Positions 38,505 through 48,331 are shown, numbered from the stretch's first letter. The stretch: 64,000 nt of DNA from Candidatus Undinarchaeota archaeon (GCA_964567575.1 CAZMMZ010000003.1:1-64000), one strand, 5' to 3'. Notes: a model not told the origin generated them from the letters alone. Numbers and translations are program-made.

Positions 38505-38573
38505 ACTCTTTTTCTAACTTTTCATACTTAAAAACCTTTAAATACCCAGATTGCTTATTCGCTTTGATGCAAT

Positions 38574-39230
38574 ATGCCTGAGAAATCTCAAATGTACGAG
38601 ATCGTCCCCGTGGACCCTCTTTCTAAGCTTCAGAAGAAGCACCAGACACTTGAAGAAGATATTCGAGAGATTAAATCGGCTCTTAGAGGAACCGTTGGAC
38701 TTTCTAAAATAGAATCAAATGCAGATCAATTCATTCAGCGAATGCTTGAGCTTATGACATCCTCTCAGAAAATGGTTGAAGAAGTCGCCAGCTCAAATCA
38801 GAAGGTTGCGACACGAATTCAAGCAGCAATTGACAAGATGAATCAAGTAAATGAAGAATTATCAGTCAAACTCACACAAATTCTCAACTTCTTTGCACAG
38901 GCCACAGATGCAATGACAGATGGGGGTGATTCCGAATCCTCTGATGATCTTGTTGATTCTCTTAATAATCTCAAAAAGATAATGGAAGGGCTTGCAGAAA
39001 GCAATGCAAAAACAAATCAGGTTCTCGGGTCACTTGATACTCATTTGAAGAAAAGAGTAGCAAGGCGAAGGCCAAGTCAAATGCAGAGGTTGCCTTCATT
39101 GGTTGGAATACCACCAGCTGCTCCTCCACAAGCGCCACCTGCATCACAACAAGGACAAGCACAAGGGCAAAGAAAAGCTCCAGCGCAAGGCGGAGAACCA
39201 GATCTTCCACCGCCCCCCTTTCCTCCTTAA
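38574..39230 (+). CDS. Coiled-coil protein with Pro/Gln-rich tail, first gene of the pilus locus
   Basis: Heptad repeats and a PPPPFPP end. Confidence 0.7.
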   Translation: MPEKSQMYEIVPVDPLSKLQKKHQTLEEDIREIKSALRGTVGLSKIESNADQFIQRMLELMTSSQKMVEEVASSNQKVATRIQAAIDKMNQVNEELSVKLTQILNFFAQATDAMTDGGDSESSDDLVDSLNNLKKIMEGLAESNAKTNQVLGSLDTHLKKRVARRRPSQMQRLPSLVGIPPAAPPQAPPASQQGQAQGQRKAPAQGGEPDLPPPPFPP

Positions 39231-39233
39231 ACA

Positions 39234-39443
39234 ATGACAACTAGAAAAGCACACAAAATCGTGATACAACTCATAATCATACTAGCTTTTGTATTTGGAT
39301 TAATAGTTGCACTTATTGCACGACAAACCGGTAGCTACGAAGTCGGAATAATTTTTGTCGGAGCTGTTCAGATAATAATTCTTCTAGCAATTCTTTATGT
39401 ACTTGAACATGTTATTGAATTTATGGAGGTTCATGTTAAATGA
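39234..39443 (+). CDS. Small two-TM protein in the pilus locus
   Basis: Hydrophobic 69 aa; overlaps the next start. Confidence 0.65.
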   Translation: MTTRKAHKIVIQLIIILAFVFGLIVALIARQTGSYEVGIIFVGAVQIIILLAILYVLEHVIEFMEVHVK

Positions 39444-39946
39444 AGTCGCATCGCAAAAAAATGCAGAATAGAAAAGGCATAACCCCAATCATCTCAGTTA
39501 TTCTACTCCTTATGATGACCATTGCTATTGCTGGTCTTGCTTATTCCTGGCTTCAGAAAATGCAAGGAAGCATAACAACTTCAACAGAAAACAGGACTGC
39601 AGAATTGCTCGGTGGTTTGAAAATTGAGCTCAAGGTTGATGGTTATTACATGAATTGTACAACTGGTTCTAACTTGACAACCTTCTATGTCAGAAACGCA
39701 GGAAGCGAAGCTGCGTCAAATGCGAGAATATTTGCTGACGATCAGTTCTTTGTCAATGGTACCGGAGGTACTAACTCGACATACGGAACAATTTCAGCAG
39801 GTCAAATGGTAACCTTTGCAATAAATGCAACCGATGGTTGCAACTTCTTTAATGAAACTCCTAGAACTATCAAAGTTGTCAGTGACCGCTCAACTGTTGA
39901 AAAGGCATTCACCTTCACCTGTTCTGAAGGCAATTGTATAGGTTAA
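39440..39946 (+). CDS. Type IV pilin / archaellin-like protein, probable major pilin
   Basis: Class III signal RKG|ITPIISVILLLMMTIAIAG. Confidence 0.9.
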   Translation: MKSHRKKMQNRKGITPIISVILLLMMTIAIAGLAYSWLQKMQGSITTSTENRTAELLGGLKIELKVDGYYMNCTTGSNLTTFYVRNAGSEAASNARIFADDQFFVNGTGGTNSTYGTISAGQMVTFAINATDGCNFFNETPRTIKVVSDRSTVEKAFTFTCSEGNCIG

Positions 39947-39984
39947 TCGAATTCTAAAACCTTATAACTATCTCAAGATTATCC

Positions 39985-40644
39985 ATGATTATGTATCCTT
40001 CTTCGAGAAAAGCGCAGTCTGAAGTTTTGTCAAAAGTAGTAGTTGTCCTTATACTGTTGGCTCTTTCTTCATTCGCATATACATGGGGTTCAAATCTTAT
40101 TGAAGCTCAAAAAATGCGATCTGAAGTTGAGGAAATCCAATCAAAATTTTTAGAATTGAAAACAAAAATCACTGAAGTTGCAAATGCAGGAAATGGCTCT
40201 GCAAGATTTGTTGATTTGAAACTCGAGTATGGTATTCTTTCAATTGAACCTGGCGAGCCTTGCAGTGGAACTGATCCAGATAATAATATGCTTCGCTATG
40301 TTCTTTCAACTAAAGATAATTTTGTTGATTCTTTAACCTGGGCTCTTTCAGATTCTGCTAATAAAAATCTTAATTGCATAGCTCCTTACGAAAACAGTAG
40401 TTCCGGAATTATAATTTCAAAATCCACAGTCTCCGAAGGTTTAAGCATGAATGAATATGCGTTGTGGTTCCGCAAATTGAATCAGTCTGGAAATACAAAT
40501 CAATTTTTAATTAATCTCACAACAGGGTCAGCAGATTCAGATATGCGTCTCACAGCTGGCTCACATCAAATTCGAGTTGAATCTCAAGGATCTGTCCAAG
40601 TCGGCACATCCTCTTACACAAAAGTGTTGATAAGTGATGTATGA
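39985..40644 (+). CDS. Pilin-like protein
   Basis: RKA|QSEVLSKVVVVLILL. Confidence 0.8.
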   Translation: MIMYPSSRKAQSEVLSKVVVVLILLALSSFAYTWGSNLIEAQKMRSEVEEIQSKFLELKTKITEVANAGNGSARFVDLKLEYGILSIEPGEPCSGTDPDNNMLRYVLSTKDNFVDSLTWALSDSANKNLNCIAPYENSSSGIIISKSTVSEGLSMNEYALWFRKLNQSGNTNQFLINLTTGSADSDMRLTAGSHQIRVESQGSVQVGTSSYTKVLISDV

Positions 40645-41327
40645 ATTTCAAAAATAAAAAAGCACAAGCAGAATTGATTTCATTTGTCCTAGTTGCAATC
40701 ATAGTTATTATTGTCGTTCTTGCTTCATATGCGTGGGGTTCTCAAATTCTTGATGATCGAAAAGAATCTTATGCAGCTACAAAAATGCGAGATAAAATGT
40801 TCGAGATTCGCGAAGCTGTTATGAGTGTTGCGCAAGAAGGTGCGAATTCAACTCGCGTTGTTTCTGTTATTATTGAAGATGGGAAATTATATCTTGACAC
40901 GAGTTTCATTCCAGTTTCGTGCGGTCAGGCGCGGGCAGATAATGGAATTATTTATGAAATTGCAACAAAGGAGCAAATTGTTAATTCAGAATCATGGGCC
41001 AATGTTGATCCATATGAAAATGAAACCGGTGATCTGTGTACTGTTGGCGGTCCATCTCTAAGTTATCCTGGAGTTTTATTTGCACGGCATCGAGGAACTG
41101 GTGAAAATGGAAAATATTTGAATCAATATCTACTTTCATTTAGAAATCTCAAGGACATTAGCACCGGCGAGAGTCACATAATCCGCATTGGTTCTTCAGA
41201 AATCGGGCAAAACACAACTGGAATTGGTGAAGGAAAACACAATATTCTTATTCGTAATAACGCGATTACTTTTGATTCTGCAAATTCTCGGTGGACACAT
41301 GAGATTTCACTGATTTTCGACCCATAA
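40641..41327 (+). CDS. Pilin-like protein, paralog of the preceding gene
   Basis: KKA|QAELISFVLVAIIVII; shared VA.EGANSTR / VANAGNGSAR segment. Confidence 0.8.
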   Translation: MNFKNKKAQAELISFVLVAIIVIIVVLASYAWGSQILDDRKESYAATKMRDKMFEIREAVMSVAQEGANSTRVVSVIIEDGKLYLDTSFIPVSCGQARADNGIIYEIATKEQIVNSESWANVDPYENETGDLCTVGGPSLSYPGVLFARHRGTGENGKYLNQYLLSFRNLKDISTGESHIIRIGSSEIGQNTTGIGEGKHNILIRNNAITFDSANSRWTHEISLIFDP

Positions 41328-41373
41328 AGCGAATACACTAAACCTTTTATACTGAAAACGATTATCTCGATTA

Positions 41374-41811
41374 ATGAGAAACTGTAAGGGTGTCAGCACT
41401 ATTATGGAGCAGGTCTTCATCCTGATGTTTGGTGTCCTGTTATTGATAACTGTAGTGGTGACATTCTCAGACTTAAAGGACGATACTGTCGAGTACTCGG
41501 CAATTCCTCAGTATGAGGCAGTTGCTCAGCATATGCACGCTGTTGTTATTTCAGCGCAGGAACAAATGCAATTGGCTGAATCAGGATACATCGGCTTCAC
41601 AATACCGCGTGAAATCGCTGGGAAAAACTACATAATGCGTTTCAATAATACGCACATACGGGTTGAGGATTTCCAGCAGGAAATAAACCAGACTGTTCTG
41701 CTTGCGCAGAGTAACATAACAGTATCTGGAAATGTCAGTTCTTCTGACAGCGGAAAAGCACGCGCATATTTCAATACAACTGAAAGGAGTGTAACATTCA
41801 CAACGATATGA
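41374..41811 (+). CDS. Pilin-like protein
   Basis: KG|VSTIMEQVFILMFGVLLL. Confidence 0.8.
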   Translation: MRNCKGVSTIMEQVFILMFGVLLLITVVVTFSDLKDDTVEYSAIPQYEAVAQHMHAVVISAQEQMQLAESGYIGFTIPREIAGKNYIMRFNNTHIRVEDFQQEINQTVLLAQSNITVSGNVSSSDSGKARAYFNTTERSVTFTTI

Positions 41812-43895
41812 ACAGAAACTTCAAGCGTTTTCTAAAGCATGCGGCAAGCGCCGTGAAAGAGCACCATGATAATGAGATTTTGAAAAAAGCTCACGTTGCT
41901 CCAGTTTCACATTCTAAACCAAAACCAGAAGAAAAACCAAAAGCAGTCGCACCTAAAAAACCAATTAATATTCACGAGGATTTGAAAAAAGAAGGAGTTC
42001 CTGCAGAACTCAGTCACAAGATGCACAAAGTTGTTGAAGATCATCCTGACAGCGATGCAAAAGAAGTTCTTGGTGGTGCAATACAACAAGCAATTGAACA
42101 CAAGAAGAAAGGGAACATTATGCCAGAAGGTCTTACAAAGATTGTTGAAGAGGCAGTTGCTGAACAAGAGAAAGGTGTTTCAAAAGAAGAGCTCAGTGAT
42201 CTTATTTCTGAAATTATGAAATCTGAATTGGCAAAAGTTGAGTCAATGAAAACTCATTACAAAGAATCTCATCCTGAAGCGCCAATTGAAGATTCACGCC
42301 TTGCAGGTGGAATTCCGGATGTTGCAATGCCGGTTCCTTCAACTATTAAGCAAGATATTATTCAAGCAGAATCAAAAGGTCTTGCTGTTGACATAGATCT
42401 TACAAAAACCAACATCACGTACCCGCTTATTTACAGTGGGGGGAAAGTTCATGTTTATGCAAATATCAGATACGATCCAACAATGCATCATTTAACTTTC
42501 CGAGTTATTGAACCGCAATTAAGTGCAGAAGAGCAAAAGCAATTGGCGAAAATTGAGAACACACTTATTGAAGAACTTGAAGTTGATTTCTCAGCTCTCA
42601 AAAAACAAACTGCTGAAAAATATCTTTTTGAAAAAATTAACAGTGTTATTGAATATTACGGAATGAAAATGACTTCGCGCACTAAGGAAATTATGGATTA
42701 TTATATCAAACGAGATTTCATTGGACTCGGTCCAATTGAACCGATGTTCCAGGATCTTAATATTGAGGATATTTCCTGTGACGGAACTGGAATTCCAATT
42801 TATGTTTATCACCGCGATCCTCGATTCGGTTCTCTTCGTTCAACAATTTCTTTCAAGGAGGAGGATTCTTTAGATTCATTTGTAATGAAGCTCGCACAGC
42901 GGTGCGGCCGTTCGATTTCTGTTGCAGATCCTTTGCTTGATGGTGCGCTTCCGGATGGATCTCGTGTTCAGGCCACATTTGGTACTGGCATTTCTATGAA
43001 AGGTTCAAACTTCACAATCCGAAAATTCACTAAAGATCCTCTTACTTTTGTTGATCTTGTAAAGTACGGGACAGTCAGTGCAGAGCTTCTTGCATATTTG
43101 TGGCTTGCAATGGAACACAACAAATCAGTTCTTATTGCCGGACCAACTGCTTCTGGAAAAACAACAATGCTTAATGCGCTCTCGCTTTTCATTCGACCTG
43201 AATTAAAAATTGTTTCAATTGAGGATACGCCCGAATTGAGACTGCCACATGAGAACTGGATTTCTCAGGTTTCAAGAACTGGTTTCGGCCCTGAGGGAGC
43301 TTCTGGAAAGAAGCTTGGGGAGATTTCGCTTTTCGATTTGCTTAAGGCATCGTTGCGTCAAAGACCAGATGAGATAATTGTCGGAGAGGTTCGTGGTAAA
43401 GAGGCGTATGTTCTCTTCCAGCAAATCGCTACCGGTCACCCTGGTATGAGCACGATTCACGCAGAATCTATGGAAGCTGTTATCAACAGACTTACAACTC
43501 CTCCAATTTCTTTGCCAGCAAGTTTGATTCAGCACCTTGATATCCTTCTTGTTATGACTCGACAAAGAATGGAAGGAAAATACAAAAGACGAATTAAAGA
43601 AGCCGTTGAGGTTATTGGTTACGATACAAATAAGGATAGACCGTTCTTGAATATTCCTTATCATTGGATTCCTTCTGAAGATAAATTTGAATATAATGGA
43701 AAGAGTGGAATTCTCAAGGAGATAATGGAAACAATCGGAGCTTCTCCAGAGGGAATTTTCGGAGAAATTGACCGCCGAGTTAAAGTAATTGAGTGGATGG
43801 TTCGGTCAGGAATTCGCGATTACAAAAACGTGGGCAAAGTGGTGAGTGAATATTACCAGAGCCCGCAAACTGTTCTGGAGAGAATAGATATCTAA
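41808..43895 (+). CDS. Type II/IV secretion (pilus assembly) ATPase, FlaI/TadA-like
   Basis: GPTASGKTT Walker A, SIEDTPEL, LRQRPDEIIVGEVRG and TGHPGMSTIHA; long N-terminal extension. Confidence 0.95.
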   Translation: MNRNFKRFLKHAASAVKEHHDNEILKKAHVAPVSHSKPKPEEKPKAVAPKKPINIHEDLKKEGVPAELSHKMHKVVEDHPDSDAKEVLGGAIQQAIEHKKKGNIMPEGLTKIVEEAVAEQEKGVSKEELSDLISEIMKSELAKVESMKTHYKESHPEAPIEDSRLAGGIPDVAMPVPSTIKQDIIQAESKGLAVDIDLTKTNITYPLIYSGGKVHVYANIRYDPTMHHLTFRVIEPQLSAEEQKQLAKIENTLIEELEVDFSALKKQTAEKYLFEKINSVIEYYGMKMTSRTKEIMDYYIKRDFIGLGPIEPMFQDLNIEDISCDGTGIPIYVYHRDPRFGSLRSTISFKEEDSLDSFVMKLAQRCGRSISVADPLLDGALPDGSRVQATFGTGISMKGSNFTIRKFTKDPLTFVDLVKYGTVSAELLAYLWLAMEHNKSVLIAGPTASGKTTMLNALSLFIRPELKIVSIEDTPELRLPHENWISQVSRTGFGPEGASGKKLGEISLFDLLKASLRQRPDEIIVGEVRGKEAYVLFQQIATGHPGMSTIHAESMEAVINRLTTPPISLPASLIQHLDILLVMTRQRMEGKYKRRIKEAVEVIGYDTNKDRPFLNIPYHWIPSEDKFEYNGKSGILKEIMETIGASPEGIFGEIDRRVKVIEWMVRSGIRDYKNVGKVVSEYYQSPQTVLERIDI

Positions 43896-43896
43896 G

Positions 43897-44766
43897 ATGG
43901 ACTTGAAAAAGGAATACAAACAACTTGCTGCCAGACTTTTTAATACGTTTGTTGATTCTTATCTCTCTAAATTTTCTTGGGTGAAAAAGGATCTTCGTAA
44001 AGCAGGTATCAAAATCATGCTTCGGGAGTATCTTAGTATTGCTTTACTGACAACAATTTTGCTTATTCCAGTTTGGTTTATTGTTATTTTCTTTTTCATG
44101 ACACTTTTTAGTATTCCAGCGCCGATTTTGTCAACACTTCTCTTAACAATTCTTTTAACAGGAGGCACTGCGTTTCTTTCTCTAGAATATCCAGCTACAA
44201 AAGCAAAAGAGCGCGCGCGGAATATTGATAATAATCTTCCTTTCGCTTGCCTTTACATGAACACAATTGCAGGCACTGGCGCTGCTCCCCATCTGATTTT
44301 TAAATTCCTTTCTGAATTCAAAGAATATGGAGCTGTTTCTGAAGAAGCTAAGAAAATAAATGATGACATTGAAGTGATGGGTGAGGATATTGAAAAAGCG
44401 CTTCGCCGCGCTGCTCGCGAAACACCATCTGAGAATTTAAGAGATTTGCTTTGGGGTATGATCACTACAATTGTTCAGGGTGGTGATTTGAAATCACTTC
44501 TTGATGCAAAATCGCATCACTTGATGGAAGCGTATCGCCGAAAGCTTGAGGATTTCACTACTAATGTTAGCATGTATGTTGAGATTTACATCACTGTTGT
44601 GATTGTCGGCTCGATATTTTCAATTGTTATGATGACGATTATGGGTGCCATATCAGGTTTCGGAACTTTGCAAGCGTTCCAGACTTTAATGGTTTACGTG
44701 TTCCTTCCAGTTGCATCTATTGTATTCATATTCCTACTGAGATTAATTTCTCCACTTTCAAAATAA
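43897..44766 (+). CDS. Type II secretion F / TadC-like membrane platform protein
   Basis: IDNNLPFA, TPSENL; T2SSF layout. Confidence 0.88.
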   Translation: MDLKKEYKQLAARLFNTFVDSYLSKFSWVKKDLRKAGIKIMLREYLSIALLTTILLIPVWFIVIFFFMTLFSIPAPILSTLLLTILLTGGTAFLSLEYPATKAKERARNIDNNLPFACLYMNTIAGTGAAPHLIFKFLSEFKEYGAVSEEAKKINDDIEVMGEDIEKALRRAARETPSENLRDLLWGMITTIVQGGDLKSLLDAKSHHLMEAYRRKLEDFTTNVSMYVEIYITVVIVGSIFSIVMMTIMGAISGFGTLQAFQTLMVYVFLPVASIVFIFLLRLISPLSK

Positions 44767-44767
44767 A

Positions 44768-45643
44768 ATGGCAATAAATCCGTTTAACAAAGAAGAAAGA
44801 ACCCCTGCAGATAAAGGGGACCTTATTCTTGGTCTTGAGAAACGGTATGCAGTGCTTATATTTTCTGGGATGGGTGCGGCTTTCACTTTTGTTATGATGG
44901 TTCTTTTTGCACCATCTGATATGTTTGGTTTTTCTGTTGGAGTTGCACTTACTGTTGCATTTGTTCCGTATTCGATTTACGCATACCTTGAAAAGAAAGC
45001 AATTATTGACATGGAGAAGAATTTGCCATCATTCCTTCGCGATATTGCAGAGTCTAGGAAAACTGGAATGACTTTGCCGCAGGCCTTGTACAAGAGCGCG
45101 CAGGTTGATTATGGTAAACTTTCAGTTGAGTTGAAGAAAATGGCGAATCAGATTTCGTGGGGCGTTCCGTTCCATGATGTGCTTGCTCGATTTTCAAAAC
45201 GATCAAAAAGTGGTTTCATTCAACGGTCAATTGCAATTATCATAGAAGCGCAACAAAGTGGTGGAGCTCTTGTTGAAACTCTTGATGCTGTTGCTCGTGA
45301 TGCACGCATGTTAAAGGAAGCAGAAGCGGAACGTAAATCAAAATTGAATCAGCAGGCTGTTATTATTTATGCGATTTTCTTTTTGTTCATGATTATTGTT
45401 GTGGCTTTGCAGAAACTGATGATGCCTCTTATTTATTCTAAGGGTTTCGCGCTCGCAACTGAAGATCCAGATCTGATTATCAGCTACTATCAGAACTTAT
45501 TCTTTTCAATGATTTTAATCCAAGGTCTTTTCAATGGAATGATTGCAGGGCAAATTGGAGAAGGTTCACCAATTCTTGGTTTGAAGCATAGTGCGATTTT
45601 CGTAATTGTGGGAGTGATGGTCTCATGGCTGTTTATATTTTGA
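44768..45643 (+). CDS. Type II secretion F / TadC-like membrane platform protein
   Basis: LPSFLRDIAES...GMTLPQAL and GQIGEGS...GLKHS. Confidence 0.9.
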   Translation: MAINPFNKEERTPADKGDLILGLEKRYAVLIFSGMGAAFTFVMMVLFAPSDMFGFSVGVALTVAFVPYSIYAYLEKKAIIDMEKNLPSFLRDIAESRKTGMTLPQALYKSAQVDYGKLSVELKKMANQISWGVPFHDVLARFSKRSKSGFIQRSIAIIIEAQQSGGALVETLDAVARDARMLKEAEAERKSKLNQQAVIIYAIFFLFMIIVVALQKLMMPLIYSKGFALATEDPDLIISYYQNLFFSMILIQGLFNGMIAGQIGEGSPILGLKHSAIFVIVGVMVSWLFIF

Positions 45644-46227
45644 AATTTGTGAAGGGGCTAAGGTGCAAGGGGGCTAAGGAGCTAAAGCAATATCCTAGCC
45701 CCATAGCTCCCTACTCGCCTAGCCCCCTTAACCAAAAGGCCCAGGTAAATTTCGGTTTCATTATAGCGGTTCTTCTGTTGATTGTTGTTATCATTACAGC
45801 AACTACTGGTGTTCTTGATAAGCTTCCATCTATTAAACATGATGCAGAAACATCTGCAATGGCTCCACGCATTGAAGTTATTAGCAAGTTGTTGCTGGAA
45901 GATCCTGGATATCCTGCTACATGGACTTCTGCGAATGTCGAGCGCGTTGGTTTAATTCATCACAATTCTTACAATAACAAAACTAAATTTGGCCAGCTTA
46001 ATTCCACAAAAATTAATTATGTTGCAACTTTGTCATATGATACTATAGCGCATCAACTTGGTTTGTTTAATGATACGAATTTCCGTTTGCGCGTGTCAAA
46101 TGCTAATATGATTCTTGATATTAATCAGAGTTTGCCTGGCAGTACTGCGAGTGTGTTTGTTTTGAATCGCGTGTTTTCACTTGATGGAACAAGTTTTGTT
46201 AATGCAACTTTGGAGGTGTGGGAATGA
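45640..46227 (+). CDS. Pilin-like protein with hairpin-extended leader
   Basis: QKA|QVNFGFIIAVLLL; start probably TTG 45640. Confidence 0.75.
   Translation: MKFVKGLRCKGAKELKQYPSPIAPYSPSPLNQKAQVNFGFIIAVLLLIVVIITATTGVLDKLPSIKHDAETSAMAPRIEVISKLLLEDPGYPATWTSANVERVGLIHHNSYNNKTKFGQLNSTKINYVATLSYDTIAHQLGLFNDTNFRLRVSNANMILDINQSLPGSTASVFVLNRVFSLDGTSFVNATLEVWE
45652..45729. repeat. GC-rich short-repeat hairpin in the pilin leader
   Basis: GGGGCTAAGG x2 plus GAGCTAAAG, followed by complementary CCTAGCCCC x2 and CATAGCTCCC. Confidence 0.7.
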
Positions 46228-46709
46228 GAGCGCTTCGTAATAACAAAGGTTGGCTTCGAATTATTGAAATCGTTCTTGCAGCAACTTTGGTTTTCTCTTT
46301 TATGATGTTCATCTCTCGATTTGAGGGGGGTTCTCAAATCTCTCGGCCAGACACTGATGATTATTTGCTTCGGCAAATTGGCGAGGATGCGCTTCGCGCG
46401 TATGATATTACAGATACAGTTGGGGATGCGAAAAGTGATTTAGCAACTGATGTGATTGAAGGAGATTGGACATCAATTGGTTCATATTTTGATGGGTCTC
46501 TTGAACAGAATATCGGATACGCTGTGTACTTTTACAATGACACAAGCGGATATTCTGATGGTGAAGTTTACTTGGAAACTGGCACAACAAACATTCCTGT
46601 GAATCGCGATATTGCAACTGTGTATTACATGATTGCTGGCGATTCAGGTTCTCATTGCAGTGATATTAATGCGTGCGCTGTAAAGCTCGACCTTTGGTAT
46701 ATGAAATGA
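46224..46709 (+). CDS. Pilin-like protein
   Basis: NKG|WLRIIEIVLAATLVF; GGAGGTG RBS. Confidence 0.8.
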   Translation: MRALRNNKGWLRIIEIVLAATLVFSFMMFISRFEGGSQISRPDTDDYLLRQIGEDALRAYDITDTVGDAKSDLATDVIEGDWTSIGSYFDGSLEQNIGYAVYFYNDTSGYSDGEVYLETGTTNIPVNRDIATVYYMIAGDSGSHCSDINACAVKLDLWYMK

Positions 46710-47410
46710 AATTGAATTTCAAAAACAACAAAGCGCAGTTTTTCATAGCGAGCGCTGTCATCATCATCATCATGCTCTATTTCATTTACTTCCATGTGCT
46801 TGGTCGCAATGAACTTGATTCATCAACGTTGCAAACTTCTGATTTGTCTTATACTTTGAATAATATTCGCGAGGAATATGATTCAGTTGTTGAATTAGCA
46901 TTGTCTGGTGTGTCGATTAATGGTGAAGGTGATCGGGACGCAGCACTGGATGGGAACTTAACGTTGTTTTCGAGCTTTGTTGCGAATTTAACAGCGCAAC
47001 AGCATATTGTTTCGGACATTACTGCAGGCCGGCTGGATGCAAATGCTACTTACATGAATGCAAGTGTTAACATAACTCTCAAGGGTTTGACTTCTCAGGC
47101 AACTGCTCGGTTCTATGCAGTTAGTGAAATCCGAAATGCAATTACTCAGCTTGTGACTTGCACATCTGGGCCAAATGTTTTGGATTTCAGAGTGCGCGTG
47201 TTGAAAGAATATCTTGAGCCAGTTGTTGATTTAACTGCTGGGAATTTCACAGTGGTGTATGATGGTGGGGGTATTTCTCCTAGTGTGACGCACGAGGGCG
47301 CTGGTGTTTATTTGTTTGAATCATCTACTGCATGTGCTGGAAGCGATTCTTTATCAGTTACTGTAATTGATAATAGAAATATCAAAGCAGCACACACCAC
47401 TACAACATAA
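46706..47410 (+). CDS. Pilin-like protein
   Basis: NKA|QFFIASAVIIIIML. Confidence 0.8.
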   Translation: MKLNFKNNKAQFFIASAVIIIIMLYFIYFHVLGRNELDSSTLQTSDLSYTLNNIREEYDSVVELALSGVSINGEGDRDAALDGNLTLFSSFVANLTAQQHIVSDITAGRLDANATYMNASVNITLKGLTSQATARFYAVSEIRNAITQLVTCTSGPNVLDFRVRVLKEYLEPVVDLTAGNFTVVYDGGGISPSVTHEGAGVYLFESSTACAGSDSLSVTVIDNRNIKAAHTTTT

Positions 47411-47472
47411 TTATGTTATAGGTAGATTTAAATAAAGGTCTTTTAAAGGATTTCTCAGAAAGGAGGTGTAGA

Positions 47473-47727
47473 ATGAATATATATGTTGGAAATCTTTCAT
47501 GGGAAATGGACCAAAGCGTATTACGAGCAGAATTTGCAGCGTTTGGAACAGTTGACTCATTGAACATTATTATGGATAAAATGACTGGTCGATCTAAAGG
47601 ATTCGGTTTTGTTGAAATGTCAAATGATGATGAAGCAAAAGCAGCTATAGCGGCATTAGATGGTAAAGAAGTCGGCGGACGAGCAATTAAAGTTAATGAA
47701 GCTAAGCCAAAAGAACCACGAGTTTAA
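47473..47727 (+). CDS. RRM (RNP-1) RNA-binding protein, bacterial type
   Basis: IYVGNL (RNP2) and RSKGFGFVEM (RNP1); AGGAGGT RBS. Confidence 0.95.
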   Translation: MNIYVGNLSWEMDQSVLRAEFAAFGTVDSLNIIMDKMTGRSKGFGFVEMSNDDEAKAAIAALDGKEVGGRAIKVNEAKPKEPRV

Positions 47728-47794
47728 TTAACTAATCTTTTTTGATTATACTTTTAAGCGTTTGGATGTAAGAACACAGGCGCACTCTTTTTAT

Positions 47795-48253
47795 TTAATT
47801 TTTAAATTTAAATCCAAATAATCTTCCAAGTTGATACAAATTATTTTTCTTTTTTCTCCGCCTGCTCGCGGAGGTAGAGCGAGGACGTTCGCCTTCGGCG
47901 AAGTCCTGATTGAAGTTGGTTAGTATTTTTGTAGATTTTTTTACAGGTTTTTTAGCAGGCGCAGGAATGTGTCGCGGCGTTACTGTTTTACGCTCTCGCG
48001 CAGGCGCGCGCGCCTGTTGCACAGGTTCTACAGATTTTTTAATTTCATTATTTTCTAATTCATCTTCTAATAAAAATAAAGAATCTACACTTGTATTGAA
48101 ATGTTTTGCAATTTTTTTTGCTAAAAGAAGGTTAGGAATACTCTTCCCACTCTCAATCAGGCTTATTGTTTCACGATGAGTGTTGGTTTCTTGCGCCAAA
48201 TGAGCTTGTGTCATTCGTCTGCGCGCACGAAACTCAGGAATTCTAGTTTTCAT
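47795..48253 (-). CDS. XRE-family HTH regulator with basic tail
   Basis: MKTRIPEFRARRRMTQAHLAQETNTHRETISLIESGKSIPNL. Confidence 0.88.
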   Translation of the reverse strand: MKTRIPEFRARRRMTQAHLAQETNTHRETISLIESGKSIPNLLLAKKIAKHFNTSVDSLFLLEDELENNEIKKSVEPVQQARAPARERKTVTPRHIPAPAKKPVKKSTKILTNFNQDFAEGERPRSTSASRRRKKKNNLYQLGRLFGFKFKN

Positions 48254-48273
48254 GTAACAGTAACCACCTCATA

Positions 48274-48314
48274 ATGTGAGGTTAACCTCACATAATGTGA
48301 TGTTAACATTACAT
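48274..48314. promoter_or_regulatory. Tandem 20-bp palindromic operators upstream of the XRE gene
   Basis: ATGTGAGGTTAACCTCACAT (perfect) and ATGTGATGTTAACATTACAT (1 mismatch), 21 bp apart; minus-strand TATA at about 48323-48329. Confidence 0.8.
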
Positions 48315-48331
48315 TTTGTAGGTATAAATAA

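Noticed and set aside
39440-45643. Archaellum operon
   Set aside because: No FlaH, FlaF or FlaG; two separate TadC-like genes and many minor pilins fit a pilus better.
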